Below are positions 1 to 13,537 of a DNA stretch of 64,000 nt, piece after piece. How positions within the stretch are numbered: position 1 is the stretch's first letter; every line of letters begins with the position of its first letter. The translations under genes and the position numbers were made by a program. This DNA is from Schmidtea nova (Eukaryota), in assembly GCA_044892505.1 (NCBI GenBank), contig CM097883.1:296608001-296672000 (forward strand). Reading direction: 5' to 3'. Under the pieces are notes generated by a model that was not told the origin of the DNA, did not search any database, and was given only the letters and a program-made list of their open reading frames with translations.

Positions 1-3000
1 AAATATATTAATTTAGTTTTTTCAGTGCAGCTAAATTAATTTTTCCCCAAAATTGTGAATATATTAAATATTAAAAACAAGTTGAGCCAATTAAAATAAT
101 AATTAAAATCTTTCTTTTTTTATAGACTATAGATCAAATGTTTTAAGAAGATGCGCAAATATTGGAAATTTGAAGTCGGCTGTACCGAAAATTCGTGTAC
201 TATCTTAAAATAAATTTGATCTATATTCTTTATAAAAAACAATAATTTCTGAAATTATTAAATATCCATTGTTTTAAAAATCTATTACCTAGAATTTGAT
301 AATATATTAATACTTTAAAATCTTTAATATTCTTCATATTTGATTTTTTTTATCTTATTCAGACAATATATCAATAAGCCACTATTCTAATGTTCAACAC
401 GAATTTTGGCACTGCCTTTTAAAATTGTAATTGATATTCAAAAACCCTAAAAAATTTAATTTCATTATCAATTATTTTTTTATTTTTTTTTCAATTTTGC
501 TTATTATTTTCTTTTCAATATTTTGTTTTCTTATTATTAATAAATTTTTAATGATTGTCTAATCAGATCTTAAAAAACACTAAATTGTTTAAAAATAAAT
601 TATTAAAGTTTAATGAAAATATTTTTTGTAAATTATATTATTTCCTGATAATTTATTCTCACATTTTTAAATATATTTCGTGAGCAAACAAAAAAAATAG
701 TCTTGAGGCTATTATTTTATGAACCATCTTGTTTTTCAATGCATTTGGGAATTACTCAATTTCCATTGTGAAATGGGATAAATAATTAATTTGTTTTATT
801 TACAAATCTAGGCTGAACTATGATGGATTCGGGGAAAATAATCATGTTACTGTATGGTTTTCAGAGCCTAAATATACCACCATTTATTTCCATGGAGAAA
901 ATTTATTATTTTTGTAGTGTAATTTGAGAGGTTAAAGTTGTGAATTTTTTATTAAATTTAAGTAAAAGCATATATTGGGATAAATTGTATTTGTTATTCA
1001 ATTAATAATTCAGGAAAATTATTTAAATATAGCCTATGGGAAAAACAAATGCGTTTATTTTATTTTTTTAATTAAAATCATTTTTATTATAAAAATATAT
1101 TTATATTAAAAGGAAATAAAAATTTATAACTAAATAATCATGGCAAAGATTTAATTAATGAAAAACGACACACATGCAGCCTACTTACTATATATTTTGA
1201 CTGACTTCTCTTCATCTTGAAATAATAGTAATTCAGAAAAAACTGTTATTTCAATTTATAAAAACAAATTATCTACATATATAATTTCCGATGTTTGTTT
1301 GTTTATTTGTTTGTGTGTAACGCTGTTTTCGCTAACTCATAGATTTTTCATTTCTTAAGATAGAAAGCTCAAACAAAAAGTATTTTAAAGATCTTTTCAA
1401 AGGCTTTTCAACGGTGTATAGTATAATTAGTATAGTATATATTTATTTCGAAAAATCCCGTCATTTATGAAATTCGAAATATTATTTTAATAATAATACA
1501 TTTTTAATTTATTTTAAAATCAATCTAAAAATAATTTTTTAAAAACATTATTTATTGACAAATTTTTAAAAATTAAAAATTTATTTATTTAAAATAGCTT
1601 ATATTAGGAATATTTAATTAACTAATTTATAAATAACATATATTGTATTATAAGTAATCAATTTTATTATATAGTCAAATTATTATAAGTATAAATGCTG
1701 GCACGCATAATTGTCGTTATTATTTAATTGATTAATTCGCCATTTTAAATTTGTTCGAATAAGACAAATTATTACGGAAGCAGTTTTTATTTGAATATAA
1801 TTTATCAACAACAAATCTTTAATTATTAACAGCTTACTTATAACAAAAATAGGTTTATCATTCAATTCAATCAATACAAAAAAAATTCTACTAGTAGCTC
1901 TTTTCTTTAAATAAATTTTTATTTTAAAAAAAGTTATCCGGAAGTAAGATCCATAAAGCTTGATTTATTTTATAATGTTCCAAGTAAATATTTGTTTCTT
2001 TACTCATCAGACTTGACCAATAACAAACGTGAATAATGATATCTAAAATTTTAAGCAGCGCCGGTAAGGGGACTAGGTGAACATTGCTCATGTTTATGGC
2101 GCAATATCTTAATAGACGCAGAAACAATGATCATTTTTTAAATAATTCATTTTTAAGTTTTCGAATTTTGACTATTCATGAGATATTTTTCTACATTTTA
2201 TTAAAATTGTTTCTTAAAAAATATATCGAAAAAACTAGGTTCAATATTTCATTAGGAAAACTCAAAAAAACATTCTATAAATGTACTTTTATCCTATAAT
2301 ATTAGGATAAATGTTTTCTGTATTTAAATATCTTATTTATAAACTATAAAATCAGAGCAAGAAAAATTAACAAATTTAAGCATAATCTCAATTGAAGCTA
2401 ATTTTGCAGATAAAATTAATTTTAATGAGTTAATTAAAATTAATTTGCTTTATTCAAAGCAAGAAAAGTTAATTTGTAATAACTGTAAGAGTAGCTAGCT
2501 ATCTTTGTTGTTCTTTTCAAAAAAAATGGTGTTACAAAATTATTATTTCATTTTGTTATTTCAATGAAAAAAACTTATTGTTTTCTTAATGTAAACAATT
2601 TTCTTTGAAAAGGCGTAAATTTTGTTCCTTCCCTAGCGTGCAAGTTTTTGTTGTCCCGCCTCTGCTCTTAAACCTAAAAGTTTCTTTTACTTATTGTTAT
2701 GTGATAATTTTTCCGAATTCTCTTTTATTAAACAAAATTTAGCTTGATAATATAATTTCCTTTCATCTATTTTTTATCAAAAAATAAATTTATTGATAAA
2801 TGGCGTAAAATACGTTTTAATTAATTAATTAATTTTAATTTGTGTGTTTGAACAATTTAATGATCTTAGTTCAATTAGAAACTAGTTCAAACATAGTTTA
2901 TTTGATAATGACTATTTATTTACAAATTTTTATTAAAAATATTTCAAATGTAAGTTCTTAATTAATTTAATTAATTTTTAATTAATTTTTTAGTTAATTT

Positions 3001-5346
3001 TTAATTAATTTTTAATTAATTTGCACCATCATTAGAATAATAAAAGAGAATTACATGGTCCAATTACTTATTTTAAAATGCCATTAAAAAGAAATATTAA
3101 AAACACTTGTTATTTAGGGTTTAGCTGTTCTTGATTTACTATAAAATATTTAGTGAACATCATGAGTCTTAATCGAATGCCAAAGCAAAATACTTTAAAT
3201 TGTGATAATTATTTTCAAATTTAATATTTAAATTATTTGTGGATGAAAAATATGAAATTTAATAATTTTACATTTATGTAAAACCTATTTATAATCATGT
3301 TTCTTAGGCTCTGGACACTGTACCTGAATAGTCTTATAGACAAAAGAGCCTTGACCTATCCCTTGTAAAACGGCTGGTCATTTTTCTGCGTTGCAGTCTG
3401 GGACATTGGGCTTCGTATGAGTTGAACTGTTAATTTTACAAAAAAGGTTTGTTGCAAACGGCTCCGAAAGTAATACGATCTGTACGTGGAAATACTAAAA
3501 ACCAAGAAATATAATAAACAAATTGTCTTAAAAAATTAAATTTGTTTTAATATGCACCTACAAAGCAACGTAAGAGGAAAAAAGAGGAATATGGTCACGC
3601 CTAGCTGCGACCATATTAAAATTATATTAAAATAAATTTTAATTAAAAGATTTACGGTATTTGGATAAGTTTGAGGGATTGACGGACCATTTAATTTGTA
3701 AATTAAAAATTTTTGGGTTTTTAAAAAAATTTGGATGGATTAGTTTTTTGAAAAGCTTTTGGGACTGATTTGTTTTAAAAACATTTTAGATATTCTTTTA
3801 AAAAAATGTTTGTTTGGTTAAATCAAATTAATCGGTTTTAAAATTTGTAATTTTTGAAAATTTAAATAGTTGTAAATTGGAAATAAACTTTAGATGTCAT
3901 ATTATTATTGTTATGATCCTTATGATAGTCGTTTTGAATCAAATGCTATCGTTAATTTGTCTTTTGAAGAAATACATCATGAATATTACCACGAAGTGGA
4001 GGATAATAGATGGAATTCAAATTATAACTGCAACTAAACTCGTAAGTCCAGTCTTCACAAAAAGTAAAAAACAAAACGAAATTGTGAGGAAAAAAAATAT
4101 TTATCTATTTTTATTAATTTCCATAATTTTATTTATCAATAAGAATTGTTTTTATCACCTGAAAAAAACAATTAATTTCGACACAATAATTATTAGCATT
4201 TTAATTGTCTCATCAATTTTTTGTAATTTATTATTATTTTGAGATATTAGTATTCAGTATTGAAATTTAGAATATTTTTTCAAGACAAAAATAAGGATAT
4301 TTTTTCTTTCCTTTTAATATTCTCAAATTTGAATGATAAATAAATATAATAATTTCAGTATGAATAACTTAGCTGTTTTGTTGCTTTCACAGCAAGAAAT
4401 GCAATTTTCACTTTACAAAAACTAACTTTTGAGCATCTCAAATACATATTCAGGAGAATCTTCATCTAGTTTCAAAGAATTTCTTTGTCATTTGAGTTAC
4501 TTTAGGTTTTATTTTAATTTTTCAAAGTTACGAGTTCACAATTGTTTTAATCTTTTATAATTTTGTGAATATTTTTTTCTAACGCAAAATTATAATTTAG
4601 TTATGATTTTTCTTTTTGGCGTTAATTTGTTTTGAATCAACCGCAATTTTGATANNNNNNNNNNNNNNNNNNNNNNNNNNNNNNNNNNNNNNNNNNNNNN
4701 NNNNNNNNNNNNNNNNNNNNNNNNNNNNNNNNNNNNNNNNNNNNNNNNNNNNNNNNNNNNNNNNNNNNNNNNNNNNNNNNNNNNNNNNNNNNNNNNNNNN
4801 NNNNNNNNNNNNNNNNNNNNNNNNNNNNNNNNNNNNNNNNNNNNNNNNNNNNNNNNNNNNNNNNNNNNNNNNNNNNNNNNNNNNNNNNNNNNNNNNNNNN
4901 NNNNNNNNNNNNNNNNNNNNNNNNNNNNNNNNNNNNNNNNNNNNNNNNNNNNNNNNNNNNNNNNNNNNNNNNNNNNNNNNNNNNNNNNNNNNNNNNNNNN
5001 NNNNNNNNNNNNNNNNNNNNNNNNNNNNNNNNNNNNTTTTTCACCTTTGATCTTTTTTTATTATTATTATCAATAATTCTCATAATGACTATAGATCAAA
5101 TTTTTTTATATAGTTATGATTTATATAAAAAAATTTGATCTATAGTCATNNNNNNNNNNNNNNNNNNNNNNNNNNNNNNNNNNNNNNNNNNNNNNNNNNN
5201 NNNNNNNNNNNNNNNNNNNNNNNNNNNNNNNNNNNNNNNNNNNNNNNNNNNNNNNNNNNNNNNNNNNNNNNNNNNNNNNNNNNNNNNNNNNNNNNNNNNN
5301 NNNNNNNNNNNNNNNNNNNNNNNNNNNNNNNNNNNNNNNNNNNNNN

Positions 5347-6068
5347 ATGTTGCAATTTGTCATCCTCTGCATCGAATTCTTAATGTTTCGAAGGCGACCT
5401 CTATTATTTCAATGATATGGATTCTATCGGCCATATTATTACTTCCTTGGGCCCTCTTTTATCGGACGGAAATGGATAACAATCACACGAAAATAGTTTG
5501 TGTTCAAGCTTGGCCGGATAATGCAGATGAGAAAGACTATTTCATATTTGTTATATTCATCATGTGCTACATAATTCCACTGTTATTAATTTCATGTTTC
5601 TATTTCGCTATAGCCTCTCGCATTTACAGAAGAGCTAATGCAAATTCAAATTCAGAAACTCAAAGTAAAAGAATTCCGTTGATAAAATTATCATCAGGTG
5701 GAATAAGCAGAACCAAATCCATCAGAATAGTTAAAATGCTCGCCATTGTTGTCGTGACCTTTGCCGTGTCGTGGTTGCCGCTCTATATTGTATTTATCTT
5801 GATCTATTATTCCGACAAAAGTAAATGGAGCATTCAGTTTTTGAATGTCTTATTTGACTATTTGATTCCAATTTTTCAATTGATATCGGCATCAAACAGT
5901 TGCATAAATCCGTGGATTTATTGCTTATACTCTCAGACTTATAGAGATGGATTTAGAAATGTTATAATCTGTAAAAAGGCCACCCTTGTTGATAGAACGA
6001 AAACCAGTCTTTCTATATCGGACAAAACAAGACGAATAACAATGAACAGAGTCGTCACAACCGTGTAA
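5347..6068 (+). CDS. Class A (rhodopsin-like) GPCR, neuropeptide-receptor type; TM3-end to C-terminus, 5' part lost in the assembly gap
   Basis: The frame is open from the gap edge: (Y)VAICHPL (after the DRY motif), TM4 IWILSAILLLPW, ECL2 CVQAW, TM5 CYIIPLLLISCFY, TM6 KMLAIVVVTFAVSWLPLY, TM7 SNSCINPWIY, helix 8 YRDGF. Resembles NPFF/SIFamide-type receptors; the subfamily is not established. Confidence 0.9.
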
Positions 6069-6204
6069 CACAATTTTCGGGAAGAATTCTAAGTGACATT
6101 TTTATCTTGGTGTATTAAAATGTAATCGTGTAATATATTTTGAGTTAATTAAATTATCTCACTTTTAATTTTATTATTCAATACACTAGCGGGGAAAATA
6201 TTGT

Positions 6205-6580
6205 AGAAACATATAAATTTTGCTGAAATTATAGAACCAAAATAATTTTCCTATACACTAGAGCCTCGAGTTGCGTTGTTCCAACTTGCGTCCTTTCGAG
6301 TTGCGCCACAAAAATTTTTGATACCCTAATTTTGAGTTGCGTTGCTAAATTTCGAAATGCGTCGAAAAAAATTATACAAAATGTATACAAAAATGTATAC
6401 AAAATTAAAATTCGAATTGCGTTGTTTCGAGATGCGTCGCGATTTATTGTAACGCATTAGCGACGCAACTCGAGGCTCTAGTGTACACACATACATATGC
6501 ATATATATGCATATGTATGTGTATGTGTGTATAGGAAAATTATTTTGGTTCTATAATTTCAGCAAAATTTACATGTTTCT
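6205..6580. repeat. Near-perfect palindrome (no loop) interrupted in one arm by a MITE
   Basis: agaaacatataaattttgctgaaattatagaaccaaaataattttcctata (6205-6255) is inverted at 6526-6580; the centre is catatgcatatatatgcatatg. Confidence 0.85.
6256..6483. mobile_element. TA-flanked MITE (Tc1/mariner-type), 228 bp
   Basis: TIR cactagagcctcgagttgcgt...acgcaactcgaggctctagtg, with TA on both sides (6254-55, 6484-85) and internal gttgcgt subrepeats. Confidence 0.75.
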
Positions 6581-6586
6581 TGTTCT

Positions 6587-6955
6587 AAAACACCGAACAA
6601 GAGAGTAGCAACTACTATTACATCCTTGACAACCATCACACCTTATAAATTCTTTTAATAGAGAAATGAAATAAAAATGATATATCCTGAAAGCAAACAT
6701 TATTTTGATCTCTAAAAACTTATTATAAAACTTATTATAAAAAACTCTATAAAACTTATTATTTTGATCTCTAAAAACTTATTATATATGCATACATATT
6801 AATATGTATGCATATATAATAAGTTTTTAGAGATCAAAATAATGTTTGCTTTCAGGATATATCATTTTTATTTCATTTCTCTATTAAAAGAATTTATAAG
6901 GTGTGATGGTTGTCAGGGATGTAATAGTAGTTGCTACTCTCTTGTTCGGTGTTTT
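6587..6955. repeat. ~370-bp near-perfect palindrome
   Basis: aaaacaccgaacaagagagtagcaactac... is mirrored by ...gtagttgctactctcttgttcggtgtttt. The centre is tatatatgcatacatattaatatgtatgcatatata, and the left arm has a small internal duplication. Confidence 0.85.
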
Positions 6956-7584
6956 CGTTATTGTTTTGTGTTTGGGAATTATTTGTGTTTGGCTTGAATT
7001 GTTGTCATTTGCCTTTTTGTATTATTTCTAGTTTTTATTGTTTGTTGCAAAAAAATAGTCTGAATCAAGATTATGATCTACTGTGTTTGACTAAAAGTGT
7101 TACTACCCTTTATAGTTCTATAAATAACTATTCTAAAAGGGGTCTTGATTGAAAAACAAATGTGTTGAATGCGAGCGTGTTATTTTATTTCTGTTTATCT
7201 TCTGACACCAGTTATATTATGAGAGTATTATTTTTAAATTTCTATTTTGTTAGAGGAATTTAATTTTTTTTTTTAATCAATTTCCAATTTTCTGTTACTT
7301 GTCAATTCCTATAGTTTTCTTTAGCTGTAAGAATTGATTGAATTTCAAAATTATAATTTCATTCGAAATTATAATTTTAATAATTTATTTTTATTTATTT
7401 CATGACAATTTGCTAAACGAATAATATGACAGTAATTATAAAAAAGAGGGGGTTGAGTACCATTAACACGTCACACACAAACAATCATAAAAAAACTTTA
7501 AATCGAACCATTACATTTTACAAACAAAAGAAAATATAGAAATATAACATTTACAAAGATCAACGAACTAATGATATTGTGCAA

Positions 7585-8303
7585 TGCTACAATTGCGGAA
7601 GGAAAGAACACGTTTCATGGAATTGTTTTGCTAGATCAAAATCTCCCTCAACTTCGCCATCACCACAAAGAGATATAGTGAATCTTTAAGGCTAAATCCA
7701 ATGTCATTTATGTAGAAGCTGTAGATCATTTCGAGAAATGTCGAGAAATTTCAGAAACCAATATTAAAAAAATCAATTTGATTTCAAAATGATAGAATTC
7801 TGACAATAAATATTACTTTTGTACAATCAGATGATTTTATTGCCAGAATTGAAAATTAAGTGAAAGAAGTAGGTCGACACTTGGATCTTTTAATGTATAA
7901 GTTTAAATCTAATGAGGAATTTGACAATCACATGATGTATGGATTGCTGCAAGACATGTCGGAAACAGAAACGAAAGGAATATGTACAAAGGACGATCTA
8001 GAAAGTGAAAAAGCTACAACAATAATGAAAAGACTTGAGAAATTACTAGAAGCTAGAGCGGAAAAGTTATCCAAAATATTAATGTCAATCAAAATTTTGA
8101 GTCAAATGTCGTTTAGTATGAGAAAATTCAAAAACGTGATTAATTTGGGTGCTAACTATTATCAAGAAAATCTAACAGATAGAGATGAAATTAAAAAATT
8201 GATGAAAGTATTTGGAAAATCGTTACGAGAAAATAAATGGTTAGATTTTATTTTTATTGATGTTGTTAATGAAAGTGATAAGTGTCATTACTTGTCGATA
8301 TGA
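7585..8303 (+). pseudogene. Degenerate retroelement-like gag region: CCHC zinc knuckle followed by an orphan 147-aa ORF
   Basis: 7585-7626 encodes CYNCGRKEHVSWNC (CX2CX4HX4C). The downstream ORF 7860-8303 is helical and K/E-rich but not recognisable, and no pol domains were seen. Confidence 0.3.
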
Positions 8304-9989
8304 AGCTTATGATTGGGTAAAAGATTTAAAAAAGAGACTTTGAGAGAAACGTGAAGGATGGGCAGTAGAATTAAAATTTTAAATTTTAAAAATAGAGATT
8401 TAGATAATGAGGAATATTTGGATGACTATGGTTTCATACAAGGAATTAAAAATGATTACAGATAGTCAGTATGATAAGTAATTGTGAAATGATAAAAAGT
8501 GATCTGATGGAAATTGTAAGGGATCTATATGCTGTTTTTATATTGTCTATGAAAACGAAATTAATGAAATAGTAAAATTAATTACAATATCTGAATTTGG
8601 GAAAAAAGAAAAAATAGAAATTATTATTGTAATACGACCGTATCTGTTTTAAAGAACCAGATATAGTAGAAATTTAAAGTGATTATTGAGAAACTTGGGC
8701 AAAAGCTTTAGGAAGATAGAGCTGAACTAAATTTATTAGTAATTGTAATAGAATACAAAGATATTGTAAAACTGAGTATGTAGAGAAATATTGGTGTACG
8801 GAAGTATGATGAATACGTAAAAGAGATTGGGAGATGTTAGAACAAGATGAAATTATAGTGCTGAGACATAAAGGTGATGCACTGGATGGCGATGAGTATT
8901 TATTACTGTGGATGTGGATTTATATCACAAGAATTGGATGAATATGGATATTTAAGCACTGATGGAAGTCAGAGGTATTTAATAAACTGTAAAATAGCAA
9001 ATAAAGAATTTACCGCAATTTATCTTCGTAAATGAGTTCCATTTTTCTTTTATAGCCATAGTAACTACATGCGTGACTTCTTTACTTATCATTCCAATTT
9101 AATTTTTCATTAGCATTTTTTAAAGCAACTTTCGACTGCTGGAAACTAAATAATTCATGATTTTGTGTACCAATTCGATATTTTGGTATTATTAACATTT
9201 GGTTGATATTATAAAAATCCAGATACAACTGATGTTTGATATCAGTTCTCATCAATGATTTTTCTTATTATGTTTAATGAAATCTGTTTAATTTTTTTAA
9301 TGTAATAATTTAGTGTATATATTCCTGTGGTTGTATTATTATGAAAGAAGATTTTGTAGAGCCCAGCAGAATCTTCTGTAAAAGTGTATCGGGATTGCTG
9401 GAGTGAATGCTATATTGATAATGTGATTGTGTGTTTGTGTACCTGTGTATGTACTGAATGTATTAAAACGCTTTCACTTTAAAACAATTCTTTAACAAAC
9501 TTTATTTGTTTAACGAAAAATAGGATATAAAATTAACAACTACTCACGTTTTTCTAAAAAACTGGAAATAAAACAAAATTTTATATGATCACCAAAATTT
9601 TCGTTAACTTCAGTATTTCCTTATTTACGTAATTAATGTTTTTTCTTGATAATCGGTTTTCTGGTTTACTGTTTCTAAATTGTTTTTTTCTTTGTAATTT
9701 TCCAATTGTTGCTAGTTTCTTTTCTAGGCTGTTTCTTTAGTTTTTCTCTCTTTTTTCCCTTAGTAATTTTAGTAATCCTTTTGTTTTAGTTTTCTATAGA
9801 AATTCTTTTGAATTCTGTAATCAGTTTTTTTAGTTCTCCAATTTGCTATTGCAAGTTTTTATAGTTTAATTTCTAATTACTACTTTGTAAATACACACTT
9901 GATAAAAGCTGTGCCAAAATATTGTGTACTTATTTAAAGAAAATATGATCTATAGTCATCCATTATGGGAATTATTGATATTAATAAGA

Positions 9990-12900
9990 ATAAGAATAAT
10001 AATACGACCTTTACATAACATCTCCCTTTAAAACCGGAGGTTGTTATGTTTACAAAGAAAACATAATCTGTACATATTTCGACTTATGTGTTGTGTTTTA
10101 TGTTTGTGTTCGGTTTTTCCAACTTACTATAAAATATATAAAAATTGTACAAATAAACTTTGTTTGTGCATGTATGGTGTTTTTGTTTGAGACAGTCACT
10201 GTATCCTTTTTTTGTATTTCGGTATGGTGTCTGTGTTTTTGTTGAGAGGTCGTAAGGGTCATTTGTTAGTTTAGTATTCGTTGTTATAGATGTTGTGTTT
10301 TGTTAGGTTGTTGTATTGATATGGTTTTTATTTGCTAATGTTTATTCTGACTTTTTTGTTGTTTAATAATAATGTACCCACGTTTCTGCTAATTTCAAGT
10401 AGTGTGTAAGGGCCTTCGTATTTTTATTCGAAACCACTGGTAAAAAAATTTTTTTATTAGTACCATATCTACGATGAGATTTGCTTTTAATTGTTTTAAT
10501 TGTTTGGATTTTTGTTTTTGGTTACTTCTTTTGTTTCATTTTTATCTGCTTTTTATTTGGTGTTGGAACCTTTTTCTGTTTTCACAAAGTTTTTAGTAAA
10601 ATTTGGTAAGTAGTTTCTGAAAGTTAGTTAGCTGGGGCTTTGTTATTTATTGTTGAAAGGTTCTTTCGAAAAGCGATTAAAATTTCTAGGAGTTTTTCTA
10701 ACCAGTTCCTATTGTTGGCCTTGGCTCTGATTGTTTGTTTTAAAGATCTGTGTAGTCTTTCTACTTTGCCATTTGACTGTGGGTTGTATGCTGTTCTTCT
10801 GACTTTTTTTATTTTATTTTTTAAGCTCAGTTCTTTGAATAGGTTTGACTTAAATTGTCTACCTTGAAAGTTGATAATTGTTTTTGGGCATCCGTATATT
10901 GCAAACCAGTTTAATTCTAGTTTTCTGCAAATTGTTGTTGCTAAGATCTGTTTGGTTGGGATTGCCTCGAAACAGTTTGTGTTTCGGTCCATTATTGTGA
11001 TTAGATATTTGTGTTTCTTATTAGGTTATTATGGACCAACTATGTCTATTTGGATTGTTTGGAAGGGTTCTGTTTTAGAGAATATAATTTTGTTGTTTTG
11101 AATTTCTTTGTCATTTTGTTTTCTGACAGTTTATACATGAATTGACAAATTCTTTGATGTCCTTCTTCGTGTTTAACTATACCACTTTTGTGTGCATAAT
11201 GTTGTATGTGGCTTTTGTTCCTGGGTGTTATGTGCTGTGTAATTGTTTGATTAGTTCGATTTTGTGTTCATCAGGTACTATTAGTCTTTTGTTGTTTTCG
11301 TTTGAAATATCTTGACAAATTCCATCTTTTAGAACTAATGAGTTGAGTTTTGAGAAGTATTTTATTTTCGTTTCTTGCTTGTTTTTCATTGTTTCCTAAT
11401 TCACGATTGGGATCATGCTGATTGCGTTTATTTCTGTTTCAATTCGTGAAAAGGTATCTGAGAATATGTTTGCTGCTGCTGACATGTATTTTATTTAGCA
11501 ATTGAATTGTGAGATATAATTTAGTTGCCGTATTTGTCTTGTTGACGGTAATTTCATCTTGTCTGCGTTGGTTAGTGGTTTGTGGTCAGTATACACTTTG
11601 AACTCTTTCCTTTCTAAAAGGTATTGAAAGTGTTGTATTGTATCGCGTACTGCCAGTAGTTCCCTGTCGAAAGTGGAATATGGCATTTTGTGTACCTTGA
11701 GTTTTTTTTGAAAAGAATGCAATGGTTGTTTTTCGTTATTTTTCTCCTGTTATATTGTGCCAATCATCGCTATTCCTGAACAGTCGGTGTTGATAATGTA
11801 GATTAGGTTTGGTCCGGGGTAGCTTAGTAGACTTGTATTTGGCAATTTAGTTCTTCCTTTTTTCGAATGCAGTTGCTAGGTCTTTGTTCTAGTTAATCTT
11901 TATGTTTCTCTGGAATTTATTTAGTTTGTTTAGTGGTATGTAGTGCGCCCAATAAGTCGTGAGACTAATATAGAAATAATAATAGTAAAAAAATTGATAC
12001 AGACATATTTAAACTTCAACATATATAGGTAAAGAAAATGTACTTTGTTTTAATAATCCATTATTGTTTAAGTATATTTTTGCGAACATTCGAAATATGC
12101 CCCTGGAAACTATTCAATACCGTAGCGTTATTCAATTTCTCTTTCTGAAAGGAAAAAATAGAGAAGAGGTTCTTTCTGAACTGAAAGCTGTTTATCAACA
12201 AGAGTGTCCATCCACAGCAACAATTTATCGTTGGTTCGATTACTTTCAGAGTGGTAGAACCTCCGTGGTGGACGAAAAAAGATCTGGAAGACCCTCAGAA
12301 ATTGATGAAAAAATCGTGCAAAACAAATCGTGCAAAACAATCGTGCAAAACGAGAGAAAAATACCGACGAGAGAGCTCACAACCCGTTTAAATGTGAGCA
12401 AAGGCACTGTGCATACTCTCCTCACTGAAAGTAAATTCGAAAACTATGTTCCCGTTTTGTGCCACGCTTCTTAACGGTGGAAATGCGACAACGACGCATG
12501 GAATGCTGCTTGGAGAATCTGCAGATCAGGACCAATGTTGGAGACCGTTTCATTGATAATATCATCACTGTGGACGAGACACCGTTGTCCTTTTATGTCC
12601 CCGAATCTAAAAGAGAGTCTCAAGAATGGAAACTGCCAGGAGAGAGCAGCTCACTGAAATTGCGATCCTCGACTTGCCACCGAAAGGCTCTCATGCTGAC
12701 GGTGTTTTGGGACGCCAATGGCATTATTCTGACTGAATTTGCTGAATTCGGCGTGAAGATCAATAGTTCTTACTACTCCAACATCGTGAAGCAAGCAAGG
12801 AAGGCACGACGCAAGAGCAGAGTGTGAGATCTCTATTTTTTACACGATAATGCTCCCATCCACACCAGCAGCGTTTTCATGGCCAAAACTGAGTGTTGCG

Positions 12901-13537
12901 TGCTCAATTTGCTTCCCCATCCACCATACAGCCCCGATTTGGCTCCTCCGATTTTTTCCTGTTTAACCATCTTAAGAAGCATCTGCGGGGTTAGGTGTTT
13001 GCCAACAAACATGATTTGAGAACAGCCGTGAAGAGTTTCCTGAGAGAAAAGCCTCCGGAATTCTTCAAAAACGCCTTCCAAAATCTCATTATTTGCTGGG
13101 AAAATTGTGTCAGTGTAGAAGGAAATTATTTTGAGAAATGATGCCTATTTACCATGCTTGTTCTAAATACAAAGTTTTGTGTTGATATCTTAAGTCTTTC
13201 TATTTTAGTCTCACGAATTATTGGGCGCACAACGTAATTGTGGTAAAAATCTATCATGCCAAGAAAACGTCTCAATTCTCTTGTCGTTTTGGGAAGTGGA
13301 AATTCTTTGATTGCTTTTATCTTGTCTTCTAAAGGTCTTATTCATTTTTTAAGGATGTGTTGGAGACATTTAACTTCGTCTTTTAAGAATTTGCACTTCT
13401 TTATGTTTAGTCTGTGTTTACGTTGCCAAAAGTAGTCACGGAAATTAAACAATGTGTCTATTTACCTTATCAACAGATATGCAATGTACCAAATGCTGTT
13501 ATTGTTATTATTATTTTTTTACAATCATTTTTTTATT
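9990..13537 (-). mobile_element. Degenerate Ty3/gypsy LTR retrotransposon (RT end, RNase H, integrase, PPT, start of 3' LTR), interrupted by a mariner
   Basis: The RT/RH linker IKAIKEFPLPKTTRELRRFLGMIDF is at ~13240-13330. RNase H YSTFDRELLAV...VYTDHKPL (11495-11722), integrase YGCPKTII.FQGRQF...AYNPQSNGKVERLHRSLK (10624-10992), and PPT taaagggaga followed by TGTTATG at 10020. Many stops and frameshifts. Confidence 0.85.
11939..13234 (+). mobile_element. Full-length mariner (DD34D) transposon with a pseudogenised transposase
   Basis: ~30-bp TIRs (tgtagtgcgcccaataagtcgtgagacta / tagtctcacgaattattgggcgcacaacg), TA on both sides, length 1296 bp. HTH region in 12064-12474, then ITVDET, FLHDNAP and HPPYSPDLAP motifs, with a frameshift near 12460 and a TGA at 12825. 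Confidence 0.93.

Noticed and set aside
790-935. Possible exon (LNYDGFGENNHVTVWFSEPKYTTIYFHGE) and ORF 1924-2127
   Set aside because: No recognisable family and no partner exons could be linked; they cannot be tied to the GPCR.
4616-5383. ORFs spanning N-runs (also 13414-13744)
   Set aside because: They are artefacts of translating assembly gaps.
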